Shown here: one piece after another, positions 8,999-19,200 of the stretch | Layout of the letters: each line of letters begins with the position of its first letter | Numbering within the stretch: the first letter of the stretch is position 1 | Assembly (NCBI GenBank): GCA_041577695.1 | Contig: JBFGIM010000003.1 | Location: 1-52,705 of the forward strand | Origin: Myxococcota bacterium | GTDB taxonomy: Bacteria; Myxococcota_A; UBA9160; PR03 | Direction of reading: 5' to 3' | Length of the DNA stretch: 52,705 bases | The notes under the pieces: generated by a model | What the model was told of the DNA's origin: nothing | Databases searched by the model: none | What the model saw: only the letters and a program-made list of their open reading frames with translations | Made by a program: the position numbers and the translations under genes

Positions 8999-9928
8999 AT
9001 GCCGCTCGACCCGAAAGCCCGGTTGATCCTCGACCAGCTCGCCGCCCAGGGCGGGCTGCGCATCACCGATCTCTCGCCCGACGAGGTGCGCAAGGCGTTC
9101 CTCGAGCTGCGCTTGCCGCTGCCGGCGGAGCCGGTGGCCTCGATCGAGAACCGAATGCTGCCGGGCCCGGGCGGCGACGTCCCGGTGCGCATCTACCGAC
9201 CCGAATCGGCGCCGACGCGCGCGCCGGCCGTGCTCTTCTACCACGGCGGGGGCTGGGTGATCGGCGACCTCGACAGCCACGAGCGCCCGTGCTGCAGCGT
9301 GGCCAACCGCAGCGGTGCGGTCGTGGTGTCGGTGGACTACCGGCTGGCGCCGGAGGCGCCCTTCCCCTCCGCCCCGGCGGACTGCTACGCCGCACTGTCC
9401 TGGGTGGCCGAGAACGGCGAAGAGATCGGGGTGGACGGCAGTCGGCTGGCGGTGGCCGGCGACAGCGCCGGCGGCAACCTGGCCGCGGTGGTGGCGCTGA
9501 TGGCGCGCGACCGCAGCGGACCGCCGATCCGTCACCAGACCCTGATCTATCCCGCGACCGACTGCGACTTCGACCGGCCTTCGTATCACGAGAACGCCAG
9601 CGGCTACCTGCTCGAACGCGATGCCATGGAGTGGTTCTGGGGGCACTATGTCGCCGACCCGGCCGAGCGCACGCGGCCCTACGCCTCCCCGATGCGCGCC
9701 GAGGACCTGAGTGGCCTGCCCCCAGCCCTGGTGGTCACCGCGGAGTTCGATCCCCTGCGCGACGAGGGCGAGGCCTACGCGCGGCGACTGGCCGACGCGG
9801 GCAACAAGGTCGAGCTCACCCGCTACGACGGCATGATCCACGGCTTCGTCGCCTTCGAGCCGGTGGTCGACCAGGCGCGCCAGCTGCTCGACCAGGCCGG
9901 CGACGCCCTGCGCTCCGCCCTGGCCTAG
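8999..9928 (+). CDS. HSL-family (family IV) esterase/lipase
   Basis: HGGGW, YRLAPE, GDSAGG, DPLRDEG, HGF. Confidence 0.93.
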   Translation: MPLDPKARLILDQLAAQGGLRITDLSPDEVRKAFLELRLPLPAEPVASIENRMLPGPGGDVPVRIYRPESAPTRAPAVLFYHGGGWVIGDLDSHERPCCSVANRSGAVVVSVDYRLAPEAPFPSAPADCYAALSWVAENGEEIGVDGSRLAVAGDSAGGNLAAVVALMARDRSGPPIRHQTLIYPATDCDFDRPSYHENASGYLLERDAMEWFWGHYVADPAERTRPYASPMRAEDLSGLPPALVVTAEFDPLRDEGEAYARRLADAGNKVELTRYDGMIHGFVAFEPVVDQARQLLDQAGDALRSALA

Positions 9929-9956
9929 CCGCAGCGCGGGACGCCCGGCGCGGACG

Positions 9957-12086
9957 CTATCGGCAGAGGTGCGCCACCGCGTTCGCCAGCAATCGCAGAC
10001 CGTGGGCGCCCGGCGTCAGGATCGATTCCGGGTGGAACTGCACCGCGGCGAGCGGTTGCCCGGTGTGCTCGACGGCCATCACCACGCCGTCGTCGCTCTC
10101 GGCCGTCACCGCGAGCTCCGGCGGCAACGCATCGCGCACCGCATGGAGCGAGTGGTAGCGGCCGGCGGTGAAGCGCCGCGGCAGCCCCTCCCACAGCGGT
10201 CCATCGTGGACGGTGATCTCGGAGGGAACGCCGTGCATCGGCGTGGCCAGCACGTCCAGGCGGCCACCGCAGTACTCCACCAGCCCCTGGAGCCCCAGGC
10301 AGACGCCGAACACCGGGAGCTCGCGCGAGCGCAGCTCCTTCAGGGTGCCCGCCACGTCGAAGTCTTCGGGTGTGCCCGGGCCCGGCGACAACACCACCAG
10401 ATCCGGCGCCAGCGCGTCGAGGTCGGCAGGCGGGAACCCGGAGCGCCAGGTCACCACCTCGGCACCGATCTGTCGCAGATAGTTGGCCAGCGTGTGCACG
10501 AACGAGTCCTGGTGATCGACCAGCAGCACGCGGCGCCCGGCACCGGCCGCTGGAAGTGCCACCGGCGGCTGGGCGGCTGCTCCGGCGGGCCGCAGGATGG
10601 CGTCGAGCAACGCCGAGGCCTTCACCCGCGTCTCGCGCTCTTCGGCTTCGGGATCCGAGTGGTAGAGCAGCGTGGCGCCGGCGCGCACCTCCGCCACGCC
10701 GTCGAGCACGCGGATGGTGCGCAGCGTGAGGCCCGTGTTCATGCTGCCGTCGAAGGCCACCAGCCCCACGGCGCCGCCGTACCAGGCGCGCGCGCTTCGC
10801 TCGTGGTCCTCGACGAACTGCATCGCCCAGGTCTTGGGAGCGCCGGTGACCGTGACGGCCCAGGTATGGCACAGGAAGGCGTCGAGGGCGTCGAAGCCGG
10901 GCCGCAGCGTTCCCTCCACGTGGTCCACGGTGTGGATCAGCCGCGAGTACATCTCGATCTGACGGCGCCCGATCACCCGCACCGAGCCCGGCTCGCAGAT
11001 CCGCGACTTGTCGTTGCGGTCGACGTCGGTGCACATGGTCAGCTCCGACTCGTCCTTGTCGGAGATCAGCAGCGCGCGGATCTTCTCGGCATCCTCGAGC
11101 GCGTCGGCGCCCCGCTCGATGGTGCCGGCGATCGGACAGGTCTCCACCCGCCTGCCCTCGACACGGACGTACATCTCGGGCGAAGCGCCCACCAGGTACT
11201 CGCTGTCGCCCAGGTGGATGAGGAAACCGTAGGGCGAGGGGTTGCGGCGGCGCAGGCGCCGGAAGATCTCCACCGGCGACGCGTCGGCCGGCTCGGCGAA
11301 GGTCTGGGAGAGCACGGCTTCGAACAGGTCGCCCTTGCGGAAGGCCTCGCGCGCCTTGCGAACGCCGTCGGCGTACTCGCCCGGCGCGTGGTCGCACGGC
11401 GCCGGCGCGCGCCCGGGCCCGCAGTAGGGTGTCGCGCTGCCCTCCCGCGGCAGTCCCGCGCTGCTGCTGCCGCCCACCTCGAAGTCGTAACGGCGGCGCT
11501 CGGCGCGTTCGCGGCGGTGATCCACCAGCAGCAGGTCGTCGGGCAGATAGAGCACCAGGTCGCGCTGGCGCGCCGGGCGTTCGAGGCGCAGCCTCAGCGG
11601 CTCGAACTGGAAGGCCAGGTCGTAGCCGAAGGCGCCGTAGAGCCCGAGGTGCGGGTCGGCGTCACTGTAGAAGAGATCCACCAGCGATCGCAGCAGCGAG
11701 AAGACCGAGGGCTGCTTGCTGCGCTCTTCTTCGGGGAAGCGCCCCACCGGCTCGCGGGTGGTGACGCGCAGGGCGTCGGGCGCCTCGCCCAGCGCCTCCA
11801 CCGCGGGCAGCGACTCGAAGGCCCGCGCGATGGGCGGCAGCAGGACCCGACCGCGCGCGTTGAGCGCCTCCACCCGGGCCTCGCGACCCCGGGCCGTGAC
11901 CACCAGCGGCGGGTCCACGAAGCCCATGTCCCAGCGGGTGTAGCGCCCCGGGTACTCGTAGCTCGACGCCAGCAGCACGCCGCGCCGGGCGTCGAGCGCG
12001 GCGGTCAGCTTCTCGAGGGATTCGCCGCCGTCGACGGCTTCGACGTCGCACGAAACGCGGATTCCGCCACGGGTCACGTGGTCCAC
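9957..12086 (-). CDS. trpE: Fused anthranilate synthase component I/II
   Basis: LASSYEYPGRY, NPSPY, GASPE, VTGAPK, then GATase DHQDSF, LSPGPG, GVCLG, QFHPES; GTG 12086 after GGAGG. Confidence 0.92.
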   Translation of the reverse strand: MDHVTRGGIRVSCDVEAVDGGESLEKLTAALDARRGVLLASSYEYPGRYTRWDMGFVDPPLVVTARGREARVEALNARGRVLLPPIARAFESLPAVEALGEAPDALRVTTREPVGRFPEEERSKQPSVFSLLRSLVDLFYSDADPHLGLYGAFGYDLAFQFEPLRLRLERPARQRDLVLYLPDDLLLVDHRRERAERRRYDFEVGGSSSAGLPREGSATPYCGPGRAPAPCDHAPGEYADGVRKAREAFRKGDLFEAVLSQTFAEPADASPVEIFRRLRRRNPSPYGFLIHLGDSEYLVGASPEMYVRVEGRRVETCPIAGTIERGADALEDAEKIRALLISDKDESELTMCTDVDRNDKSRICEPGSVRVIGRRQIEMYSRLIHTVDHVEGTLRPGFDALDAFLCHTWAVTVTGAPKTWAMQFVEDHERSARAWYGGAVGLVAFDGSMNTGLTLRTIRVLDGVAEVRAGATLLYHSDPEAEERETRVKASALLDAILRPAGAAAQPPVALPAAGAGRRVLLVDHQDSFVHTLANYLRQIGAEVVTWRSGFPPADLDALAPDLVVLSPGPGTPEDFDVAGTLKELRSRELPVFGVCLGLQGLVEYCGGRLDVLATPMHGVPSEITVHDGPLWEGLPRRFTAGRYHSLHAVRDALPPELAVTAESDDGVVMAVEHTGQPLAAVQFHPESILTPGAHGLRLLANAVAHLCR

Positions 12087-12140
12087 ATCTTCCTCCAGCG
12101 CCGCTCCCCGCTGCGGCTCCCGGAAGACAGGGGGGAAAGC

Positions 12141-12170
12141 AAAAAGAGGCCGCCTCGGGGAGGCGGCCTC
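12141..12170 (-). terminator. Attenuator terminator (3:4 stem) upstream of trpE(G)
   Basis: Minus GAGGCCGCCT-CCCCG-AGGCGGCCTC-TTTTT. Confidence 0.88.
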
Positions 12171-12202
12171 AGCAATCTCTGGGCACAGATCGAGCCGCCT
12201 CG

Positions 12203-12241
12203 CTATTGCGGGGTCGGCCACCACGCGATCTGTGCGTTCAT
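12203..12241 (-). CDS. trpL: Trp leader peptide MNAQIAWWPTPQ
   Basis: Tandem TGG codons in a 12-aa ORF immediately upstream of the terminator and trpE(G). Confidence 0.85.
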   Translation of the reverse strand: MNAQIAWWPTPQ

Positions 12242-12279
12242 CGACACGCCGCGAAACGTCCCACACCCGGGACGCCTCG

Positions 12280-13329
12280 TCAAGCGGGAGCCGCACCCGA
12301 CGTCGGGCGATCGGGCAGCTCGGCGAGGGCTTCCTCGATCCGGCCCAGGGCGTCGTCGATGTCGGCGGCATCCACGCCCAGGTGGGTCACGGCGCGGAAG
12401 CGGCCCGGCGCCATCGGGTTGATCCGCAGCTTGCGGCGACCGATTGCCTGGAGGAAGCCCAGCGTGTCTTCCATCCGGAACATCACCATGTTGGTCTCGG
12501 GCATCGGCTGGACGGGGATGCCCAGCTTCTCCAGACCCTGGCCCAGGCGGCGGGCATTGGCGTGATCCTCGGCCAGCCGGTCCACGTGGTGCTCCAGTGC
12601 GTGGAGCGCCGCGGCGGCCAGCAGCCCGGCCTGACGCATACCGCCACCGAGCTGCTTGCGCAGGCGCCGGGCGCGTGCGATCGCCTCGGCGGGCCCGCAC
12701 AGCACCGAGCCCACCGGCGCGCCGAGCCCCTTCGAGAAACAGAACGCAACCGTGTCGAAGGGCGCCGACCAGCGCTCGGCCGAAATGCCCGAGGCGACCA
12801 CCGCGTTGAAGAGCCGCGCGCCGTCCAGGTGCACCGCCAGCCCCGCCTCGCGCGCGGCGCCGGCGGCGGCCTCCAACGCGTCGAGCGGAAACACCCGGCC
12901 GCCCGAAGCGTTGTGGGTGTTCTCGAGGGTCAGCAGCCGCGCCGGTGCGATGTGGACGTCCGGAAAAGTCAGGTGTGCGCGAACGTCGTCGGCATCGAAG
13001 AGTCCGTCGGCACCGATCTGCTGGATCTGCACCCCCGCCAGCGCCGAGGCCGCACCCGCCTCGTAGCGCAGCACGTGCGCGCCGGTCCCCGCGAGCACCA
13101 CGTCGCCGTGTCGCGTGTGCAGCCGAATCGCCACCTGGTTGGCCATGGTGCCCGACGGCACCAGCAGCGCGGCCTCCTTGCCCACCCGCGCCGCCGCCTC
13201 GGCCTCGAGGCGGTTCACCGTGGGGTCTTCGCCGTAGACGTCGTCTCCCACCTCGGCCTGGGCGATCGCCTCGCGCATGGCGGGCGTCGGGAGCGTCACG
13301 GTGTCGCTGCGCAGATCGAGGGTCTTCAT
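12280..13329 (-). CDS. ltaE: Low-specificity L-threonine aldolase
   Basis: [49 protein letters not shown]. Confidence 0.93.
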   Translation of the reverse strand: MKTLDLRSDTVTLPTPAMREAIAQAEVGDDVYGEDPTVNRLEAEAAARVGKEAALLVPSGTMANQVAIRLHTRHGDVVLAGTGAHVLRYEAGAASALAGVQIQQIGADGLFDADDVRAHLTFPDVHIAPARLLTLENTHNASGGRVFPLDALEAAAGAAREAGLAVHLDGARLFNAVVASGISAERWSAPFDTVAFCFSKGLGAPVGSVLCGPAEAIARARRLRKQLGGGMRQAGLLAAAALHALEHHVDRLAEDHANARRLGQGLEKLGIPVQPMPETNMVMFRMEDTLGFLQAIGRRKLRINPMAPGRFRAVTHLGVDAADIDDALGRIEEALAELPDRPTSGAAPA

Positions 13330-13367
13330 CGCGGGGACTGTATCGCAGGGACGGCCGGCGGCGGTGG

Positions 13368-13706
13368 CTACCCGCGCGCGTCGGGCAAGACGATCCGGGG
13401 CTGCTCGGGGTGCGGCCGATAGAGCAACACCGTATGACCGACCAGCCCGCAGAGCGCGGCGCCCGACTCGCCGGCCAGCGTGGCGGCGGCCGCCTTCTTG
13501 TCCGCGGGCGCCCGCATGCGCACCTTGACCAGCTCGTGGGCGTCGAGGGCCTCGTCGAGCGCGCGCAGCACGCCCGCCGAGATGCCGTCCTCGCCGACCC
13601 ACACCACCGGCTTCAACTGCTGGGCGCGCGCGCGCAGGAAACGGCGCTGGCGGGGCGTCAGCTCGGCGGGACGCGCACACGCTCGGAGCGTCGGCGTTTC
13701 AGGCAA
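13368..13706 (-). CDS. yhbY: YhbY/CRM-domain RNA-binding protein (start uncertain)
   Basis: [37 protein letters not shown]. Confidence 0.85.
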   Translation of the reverse strand: MPETPTLRACARPAELTPRQRRFLRARAQQLKPVVWVGEDGISAGVLRALDEALDAHELVKVRMRAPADKKAAAATLAGESGAALCGLVGHTVLLYRPHPEQPRIVLPDARG

Positions 13707-15066
13707 CGTAGACCGCCTTGATGTTGACGAACTCGCGAATGCCGAAGTGGCTGAGCTCGCGGCCGTATCCCGAGAGCTTGATGCCGCCGAAGGGCAGGCG
13801 CGGATCCGAGCGAACGAAGGCATTGACGAAGCAGGCCCCCGCCTGGAGCTCCTTGTGGGCAATCCGTTCGCCCCGCTCGACGTCCGCCGTGAAGACCGCA
13901 GCGCCCAATCCGAAGCCTGTGTCGTTGGCGACGCGAATCGCCTCCTCCTCGGAGGAGACGAAGATCAGCGAGGCCACGGGTCCGAAGAGCTCGTCGTCGT
14001 AGGCCGGCATGCCGGGAGCGACGTCGGTGAGAACCGTCGGCGGGTAGAAGCACCCCGGTCCCGACGGGATCTCGCCGCCCGCCAGGCAGCGCGCTCCGCG
14101 CTGGACGCTCTTCACCACCTGGCCGTGGAGCTCGTCGCGGAGGTCGCTGCGCGCCATCGGGCCCAGGTCGACTTCGCGCGAGAGCGGGTCACCAGTGGTC
14201 TTGCTCCACATCTTCTCGACGAAGAGCTCCACGCAGCGCGCGCGGTGCTCCTGGGGCAGGATGAAGCGTTTGCCCGCGATGCAGCTCTGCCCGACGTTGA
14301 TCAACCGACTGGTGACGCAGGTCTCGATGGCCGCCTCCAGGTCCGCGTCCGCCAGCACGACGTAGGGATCGCTGCCGCCGAGCTCGAGCACCGTCTTCTT
14401 GAGCGCGGCGCCGGCGCGGCTGGCCACCGCCCTGCCGGCCGGTGTGCTGCCGGTGAGCGTCACCGCGGCGATGCCCGGATGGTCGATGAGATCGCCCACG
14501 TCCCGCCCGGGCAGCAGTACGGTGCGGAACAGCTTGCGCGGCACCCCGGCTTCGTGCAGTGCGTCCTCGATGGCGAGGGCGCAGCCGCTCACGTTCGAGG
14601 CGTGCTTCAGGATTCCCGCGTTGCCGGCCATCAGGGCGGGCGCGGCGAAACGGAACACCTGCCAGAAGGGGAAGTTCCAGGGCATGATCGCCAGCACCAC
14701 ACCCAGCGGCTCGAAGGCGACGAAGCTGCGCCGGGCGTCGGTCTCGACCATCTCGGGCGTCAAGAAGGCTTCTGCATGATCGGCGTAGTAGTCGCAGACC
14801 CAGGCGCACTTCTCCACCTCGCCCTGGCCGTCCACGACGCGTTTGCCCATCTCGTTCGCCATCAGCTCGGCCAGCACCTGCTTCCGCTCGCGCAGAAGCT
14901 CCCCGCAGCGCCGCAACGCGTCGGCGCGGTCGCCGAAGGAGCGGCGTGCCCATTCCGGTTGGGCCGACGCGGCGTCCTCGATGATCTTCGCGAGCTTCGA
15001 CTCGGTCATGATCGAGTGGCTGGAGACCGTCTTTCCGGTCGCCGGATTGATGCTTTCGAGCGTCAC
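13699..15066 (-). CDS. NAD(P)-dependent succinate-semialdehyde dehydrogenase family
   Basis: IMPWNFPFWQ, LTGS, LELGGSDP, GQSCIA, ELFGP, PFGGIK. Confidence 0.9.
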   Translation of the reverse strand: MTLESINPATGKTVSSHSIMTESKLAKIIEDAASAQPEWARRSFGDRADALRRCGELLRERKQVLAELMANEMGKRVVDGQGEVEKCAWVCDYYADHAEAFLTPEMVETDARRSFVAFEPLGVVLAIMPWNFPFWQVFRFAAPALMAGNAGILKHASNVSGCALAIEDALHEAGVPRKLFRTVLLPGRDVGDLIDHPGIAAVTLTGSTPAGRAVASRAGAALKKTVLELGGSDPYVVLADADLEAAIETCVTSRLINVGQSCIAGKRFILPQEHRARCVELFVEKMWSKTTGDPLSREVDLGPMARSDLRDELHGQVVKSVQRGARCLAGGEIPSGPGCFYPPTVLTDVAPGMPAYDDELFGPVASLIFVSSEEEAIRVANDTGFGLGAAVFTADVERGERIAHKELQAGACFVNAFVRSDPRLPFGGIKLSGYGRELSHFGIREFVNIKAVYVA

Positions 15067-15099
15067 AGTGACCTCCTCCACCCGAAACCGGCAACCGGA

Positions 15100-15564
15100 T
15101 CACTCCGCTTCGGGGTTGGCCTCTCGCACGGTCAGCACCGGACACGGCGCCTTGCGCAGCATGCGCTCGGTGACGCTGCCCAGGAAGACGTGCGCAATGC
15201 CAGTGCGGCCGTGGGTACCCATGACGATCATGTCCGCGTCCAGCCTCTCGGCGATCTTCAACAGCAAATCGGAGATGTTGGATCCTTCGATGATGTGGCT
15301 CTCGACCTGTGCGGGGCATTCCCCGATACCGCCCGCAATCTCCTCGAGCGAGCGGAGCACGTTGCGGCGCACCTCGAACATGTTTGCCGGAGGAACCACC
15401 ACCGCACCCTCGAACATCGGGTACGGGTAGGCCGGCTGGATCACGTGCACCAGATGCAGCTTCGCGGTGTTCAGTCGCTTCGCAAGGCCGACCGCGGTCG
15501 CGAGGGCCGCCTTCGCGTGCTGCGAGAAGTCGTACGGCACCAGGATCGTCCGATAATCAGTCAT
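15100..15564 (-). CDS. Universal stress protein
   Basis: ILVPYDFS, DMIVMGTHGRTG, LGSVTE, PCPVLTV. Confidence 0.93.
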   Translation of the reverse strand: MTDYRTILVPYDFSQHAKAALATAVGLAKRLNTAKLHLVHVIQPAYPYPMFEGAVVVPPANMFEVRRNVLRSLEEIAGGIGECPAQVESHIIEGSNISDLLLKIAERLDADMIVMGTHGRTGIAHVFLGSVTERMLRKAPCPVLTVREANPEAE

Positions 15565-15628
15565 GCCTTCCTCCACTTTCGACATGGTAGGCAAACCCGC
15601 CCGCTCCGGGGACATGCGCGGGATGCCC

Positions 15629-16966
15629 TCACCGGACCGCCGCAGCTCGCTCGACGCGACCGAGGGCGGTATCGACGATCGCCCGGTCCCGCTTCGAAGC
15701 GCGGGGAGTCTCCAGGAACTCGCGATGCACTTCGCGCGCGTAGTCGAGGAGCACTGACCTTCGATCGTCTGCGGCGCACTGGGGAAGCGCCCCCTCCATC
15801 ACGGCCAGCAGTTCCACGATCACGGCGGCGTCCGCAACGCCGTAGCGACGGATCGGATCGAAACAGCTCGCCACGACTCCCGCGAAGCTCGGCGTCCGCT
15901 GAGCCACGACCCTCAGCGTGCCGCTCTCGTCGAAGCGCTGGGACGATGGCATTCGGCGTCCGGCCACCCGATTGACGACGCTCCCCAGTCGGTGCAAGCA
16001 GGCGATCGCGGTGCCGGGATCGTTGATGCCGGGCGAGAGGGCGCGCACCGCCATCTCCACCAGCTGGTCGGTCAGGAACGCCAGGTCCTGGACCCCACTC
16101 GGTCGGTCGCCGACGACGAAGGATTCCTGGAGCCGAGCGATCACCTCTTCGGGGACGCGCTCGGCGGGTCCGACCCTGGCCAGCCGATCTCCTTCGGTGA
16201 CGAAGTCGCCTGGGCGGGTCTCCAGACAGATCTGGAGATCGTGCTCGGCAGCGCAGCCGAGAATCGACTCGGCGTCGATCACGCGGAGATAACCGTGCCC
16301 GACGGCGGGCAGCGGCCGAGCCTCCTCGCAGAACCCGTCGATCCGGCTGCGATCCCGATCATCGGCCCCGACCTCGCTTCCCAGCCGCTCCGGGAAGAGC
16401 ATATCGATCTCGCCGTCGATCTCGCGTGCCACCGAGGCAATGATGCTGGACGCCTGGATCGAGCTGGCCGCGTGGTGCACGAAGTAGATCAGGACGAAGA
16501 GACTCGTGGTCGCCAGTGCCAGCGCGACCGTGGCCGCCACGTGCGGAACACGGTCCGCTTCTACAGCCCGCAGCACCAGCAGGCTGTACAGGAAGGTCGC
16601 CACGAAGGTCCCGAGGACCAGTTGGTTGCCGCGGTCGCGCAGGAAGTTGCGCAGCAGACGCGGGCCGAACTGCGACGAAGCCAGCGTGAGCGCGACGATC
16701 GTGATCGAGAACACCACGCCGGTCACCGTGATCATCGAGCCGGCGATCACGGAGAGGACCGCGCGGGTCCCCTCGGCGCCGGCATCCTGGATCCAGGGCA
16801 GGCGCCGCGCCGCTCGCTCGGTCAGCTGCTGGTCGAACTCGATCAGAGCGAGAGCCAGGCACGCCGCAGCCGCCGCCATCAACGTCGGGAGGAACCAGTA
16901 GCTCTCGCGCAGCCGATCCCAGCCGCTGATCAAGGTCGCCATCCACTGTCCGGTAAGGAAGCCCAT
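15629..16966 (-). CDS. DUF2254-type membrane protein
   Basis: SYWFLP, FSITIVALTLASSQFGPR, RALSPGINDP. Confidence 0.85.
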   Translation of the reverse strand: MGFLTGQWMATLISGWDRLRESYWFLPTLMAAAAACLALALIEFDQQLTERAARRLPWIQDAGAEGTRAVLSVIAGSMITVTGVVFSITIVALTLASSQFGPRLLRNFLRDRGNQLVLGTFVATFLYSLLVLRAVEADRVPHVAATVALALATTSLFVLIYFVHHAASSIQASSIIASVAREIDGEIDMLFPERLGSEVGADDRDRSRIDGFCEEARPLPAVGHGYLRVIDAESILGCAAEHDLQICLETRPGDFVTEGDRLARVGPAERVPEEVIARLQESFVVGDRPSGVQDLAFLTDQLVEMAVRALSPGINDPGTAIACLHRLGSVVNRVAGRRMPSSQRFDESGTLRVVAQRTPSFAGVVASCFDPIRRYGVADAAVIVELLAVMEGALPQCAADDRRSVLLDYAREVHREFLETPRASKRDRAIVDTALGRVERAAAVR

Positions 16967-17086
16967 CCATCACTCCCACCGATTCGCGGCTCCAGCGTAG
17001 CGGGGATCGGGCGGCCGGCGTACGCGGCTCTGTTACCTTCCGAGCGCGCGATGTCCCCTGGCGTCGCATCGATCGAGGTGCCGCAG

Positions 17087-17698
17087 ATGAGCGACGAGGC
17101 GTTGGACGAGCGCCGCAAGGTGGCCGGGCTCCTTCGCGAACTGATCTGTCAGGTCGTGACCGCCGACACCGACGACGCCAGCTTCGCCCTGATCGCGGAT
17201 GCCTTGATCCCGCTCCGGGATCGCCTGGCCCGGGAGAAGCGGCTCGAGGTCGAGGTTGGAGGACTGCACACCCGCGAGCATGCCGCGGTGCGTTTCGGCC
17301 GCGTTCCCGTCTACGACCGCGATCCCATGATCGGGCTGTCGAACCCCCTGGCCCCCCCGCTGCGGCGGGTGGAGGGCGGCGGTCCCGCGGACTGGGAAGT
17401 GACCTTCGGCGACGCCTACGGCGGCCACCCGGGCTTCGTCCACGGCGGCTACGTCGCCGCGGTGATCGACCACGTGCTGGGAGTCACCGCGTCGAGCGCG
17501 GGCTTCGCCACCATGACCGGAAGCCTCACCACCCGCTACCGCCTTCCGACGCCGCTCCACACCCGACTGCTGTGCCGGGGCGAGGTGAGCCACGTCGAAG
17601 GCCGCAAGGTGTTCTGCCGCGGCACCCTCGAGACCGACGGTGCGTTGATCGCAGAGGCAGAGGGCGTCTACATCCGGGTCGATCCCGACCGCTACTAG
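17087..17698 (+). CDS. PaaI/hotdog thioesterase family (alternative start 17051)
   Basis: GLSNPLAPP, GHPGFVHGG, D-HVLG, YRLPTPL. Confidence 0.85.
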   Translation: MSDEALDERRKVAGLLRELICQVVTADTDDASFALIADALIPLRDRLAREKRLEVEVGGLHTREHAAVRFGRVPVYDRDPMIGLSNPLAPPLRRVEGGGPADWEVTFGDAYGGHPGFVHGGYVAAVIDHVLGVTASSAGFATMTGSLTTRYRLPTPLHTRLLCRGEVSHVEGRKVFCRGTLETDGALIAEAEGVYIRVDPDRY

Positions 17699-19119
17699 CG
17701 GAAGCGCTGCTCCGTTCCGCGTCCGAGGGGGAGGAAGCGCTTGAGCTTCCCCACGCCGATGCGCGCCAGCCGTTCCACCCGGGCCACGCGCACGCGCGGC
17801 GCGTCGAGTCCCACGCCGGCGAGCGCCCGTTCCAGCGCCGCGGCGAGGCCCGAGGCGTCCAGCGCTTCCGTCGCCACCACGTCGACCTCCGCCCCGTCCG
17901 CCGTCTGGCGCACCTGGTACTCCACCACAGCCCCGGCGCGGGCCAGCGGCGAGCGGAAGACGTGGGGATGTACCGTCACGCCGCCCGGATAGACGAAGTG
18001 GTCGTCCAGGCGACCCTGGATGTCGCGGATGCGCCGGAACGTCGAGCCGCACGGGCACGGCTCGGCGATCCACTCGATCTGGTCGGTGAGCTCGTAGCGG
18101 ATCAGCGGCAGCGCGCGCTGGAAGAGCACCGTCACGTAGAGCTTGGCCGAACACTCGCCCGGCGCGGTGGGCGCGCCTTCGACATCGACCGCCTCGATCA
18201 CGAGCTCGTCGTCGTTGACGTGGAGCCCCGGTGCTGCGCCGCAACCCATCGCGACGATGCCGGCGTCGCTGGTGCCGTAGACGTTGGTGGGCTCCACGCC
18301 CCAGGCGGCGCGGATGGCGTCGGCCACTTCGAGCAGCAGCGGCTCTGCGCTCGACACGATCGCGCGCGGCGCCACCGAGAGCCGGCCGGCGGCGGCCTCG
18401 CGGGCCAGCAGGCCCAACGCCGAGGCATAGCCGAAGATCAAGTGGGGTTGGAGCTCGTTGAGCCCCGCCACGATCTCCCCGAGCGGCTGGCTCACCGGAA
18501 AGCTCCGCGCCGCCGCGCCGGAGCCCGAGAAGGTGCGGTTCAGAGCGACCGTCGGATGGGTCAGCGCCTGGGCCCCGACGCTGGCAGTGACCATCTCGGC
18601 CGGCGGCGGCCATCCCTCGCGTCCCGCGCGGCGGGCCAACCAGCGCACGTAGCCAGTGTAAAAGGTGACCCAACCGTCCCAGTTGTAGGCGAAGACGCCG
18701 CGCCGGCCGCTCGACCCGCCGGAGGCGACCACGTGGTAGCGGTCGGCCAGGTAGCGCGGCTCGCTCAGCGATTCGAGGTGGGCTTCGCAGCGATCGAGCC
18801 GCAGCTCGGGATCGGTGGCGATCCGATCCCAGTTCGCCATCAGATCGTCCTTGGTCATGACGGGGAGGTCGGCCAGGCGCGTCTCGTCGAGCGACTCGGG
18901 ATTCAGGCCGCGCAGCCGCTCGGCGTGCCACGGTGAGCGCGCCATCGCGTGACTCACCAGGCCCCGCAGGCGTCGCTTGCGGTGGGATGCGAGCTGGTCG
19001 GCCGGCCACGCGAGCTGCTCGACGCTCGAGCTCAACAGGGTGGTGGCCATGACGCGCTGGCGTTCGGCGAGCTCGTCGTACTCGGACTCGATTTCGCGAT
19101 CGGCTTCGGATCGGGGCAA
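17695..19119 (-). CDS. Phenylacetate-CoA ligase/CapK-like adenylate-forming protein
   Basis: LPVMTKDD, ASGGSSG, YGTSD, PLIRYELTD, GRLDD. Confidence 0.85.
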   Translation of the reverse strand: MPRSEADREIESEYDELAERQRVMATTLLSSSVEQLAWPADQLASHRKRRLRGLVSHAMARSPWHAERLRGLNPESLDETRLADLPVMTKDDLMANWDRIATDPELRLDRCEAHLESLSEPRYLADRYHVVASGGSSGRRGVFAYNWDGWVTFYTGYVRWLARRAGREGWPPPAEMVTASVGAQALTHPTVALNRTFSGSGAAARSFPVSQPLGEIVAGLNELQPHLIFGYASALGLLAREAAAGRLSVAPRAIVSSAEPLLLEVADAIRAAWGVEPTNVYGTSDAGIVAMGCGAAPGLHVNDDELVIEAVDVEGAPTAPGECSAKLYVTVLFQRALPLIRYELTDQIEWIAEPCPCGSTFRRIRDIQGRLDDHFVYPGGVTVHPHVFRSPLARAGAVVEYQVRQTADGAEVDVVATEALDASGLAAALERALAGVGLDAPRVRVARVERLARIGVGKLKRFLPLGRGTEQRFR

Positions 19120-19200
19120 CGGATACTCCGCGCGGCGGGCGGGGCGGAGACTACCCCACGACTCCGGAAGGGACAGGCAGTGCCGGGATGACCACCCCGC

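Noticed and set aside
9957-12086. PhzE/ADIC synthase (phenazine or other secondary metabolite) interpretation of the TrpE-G fusion
   Set aside because: No phz or other biosynthetic cluster genes nearby, and the Trp-codon attenuator points to tryptophan biosynthesis.
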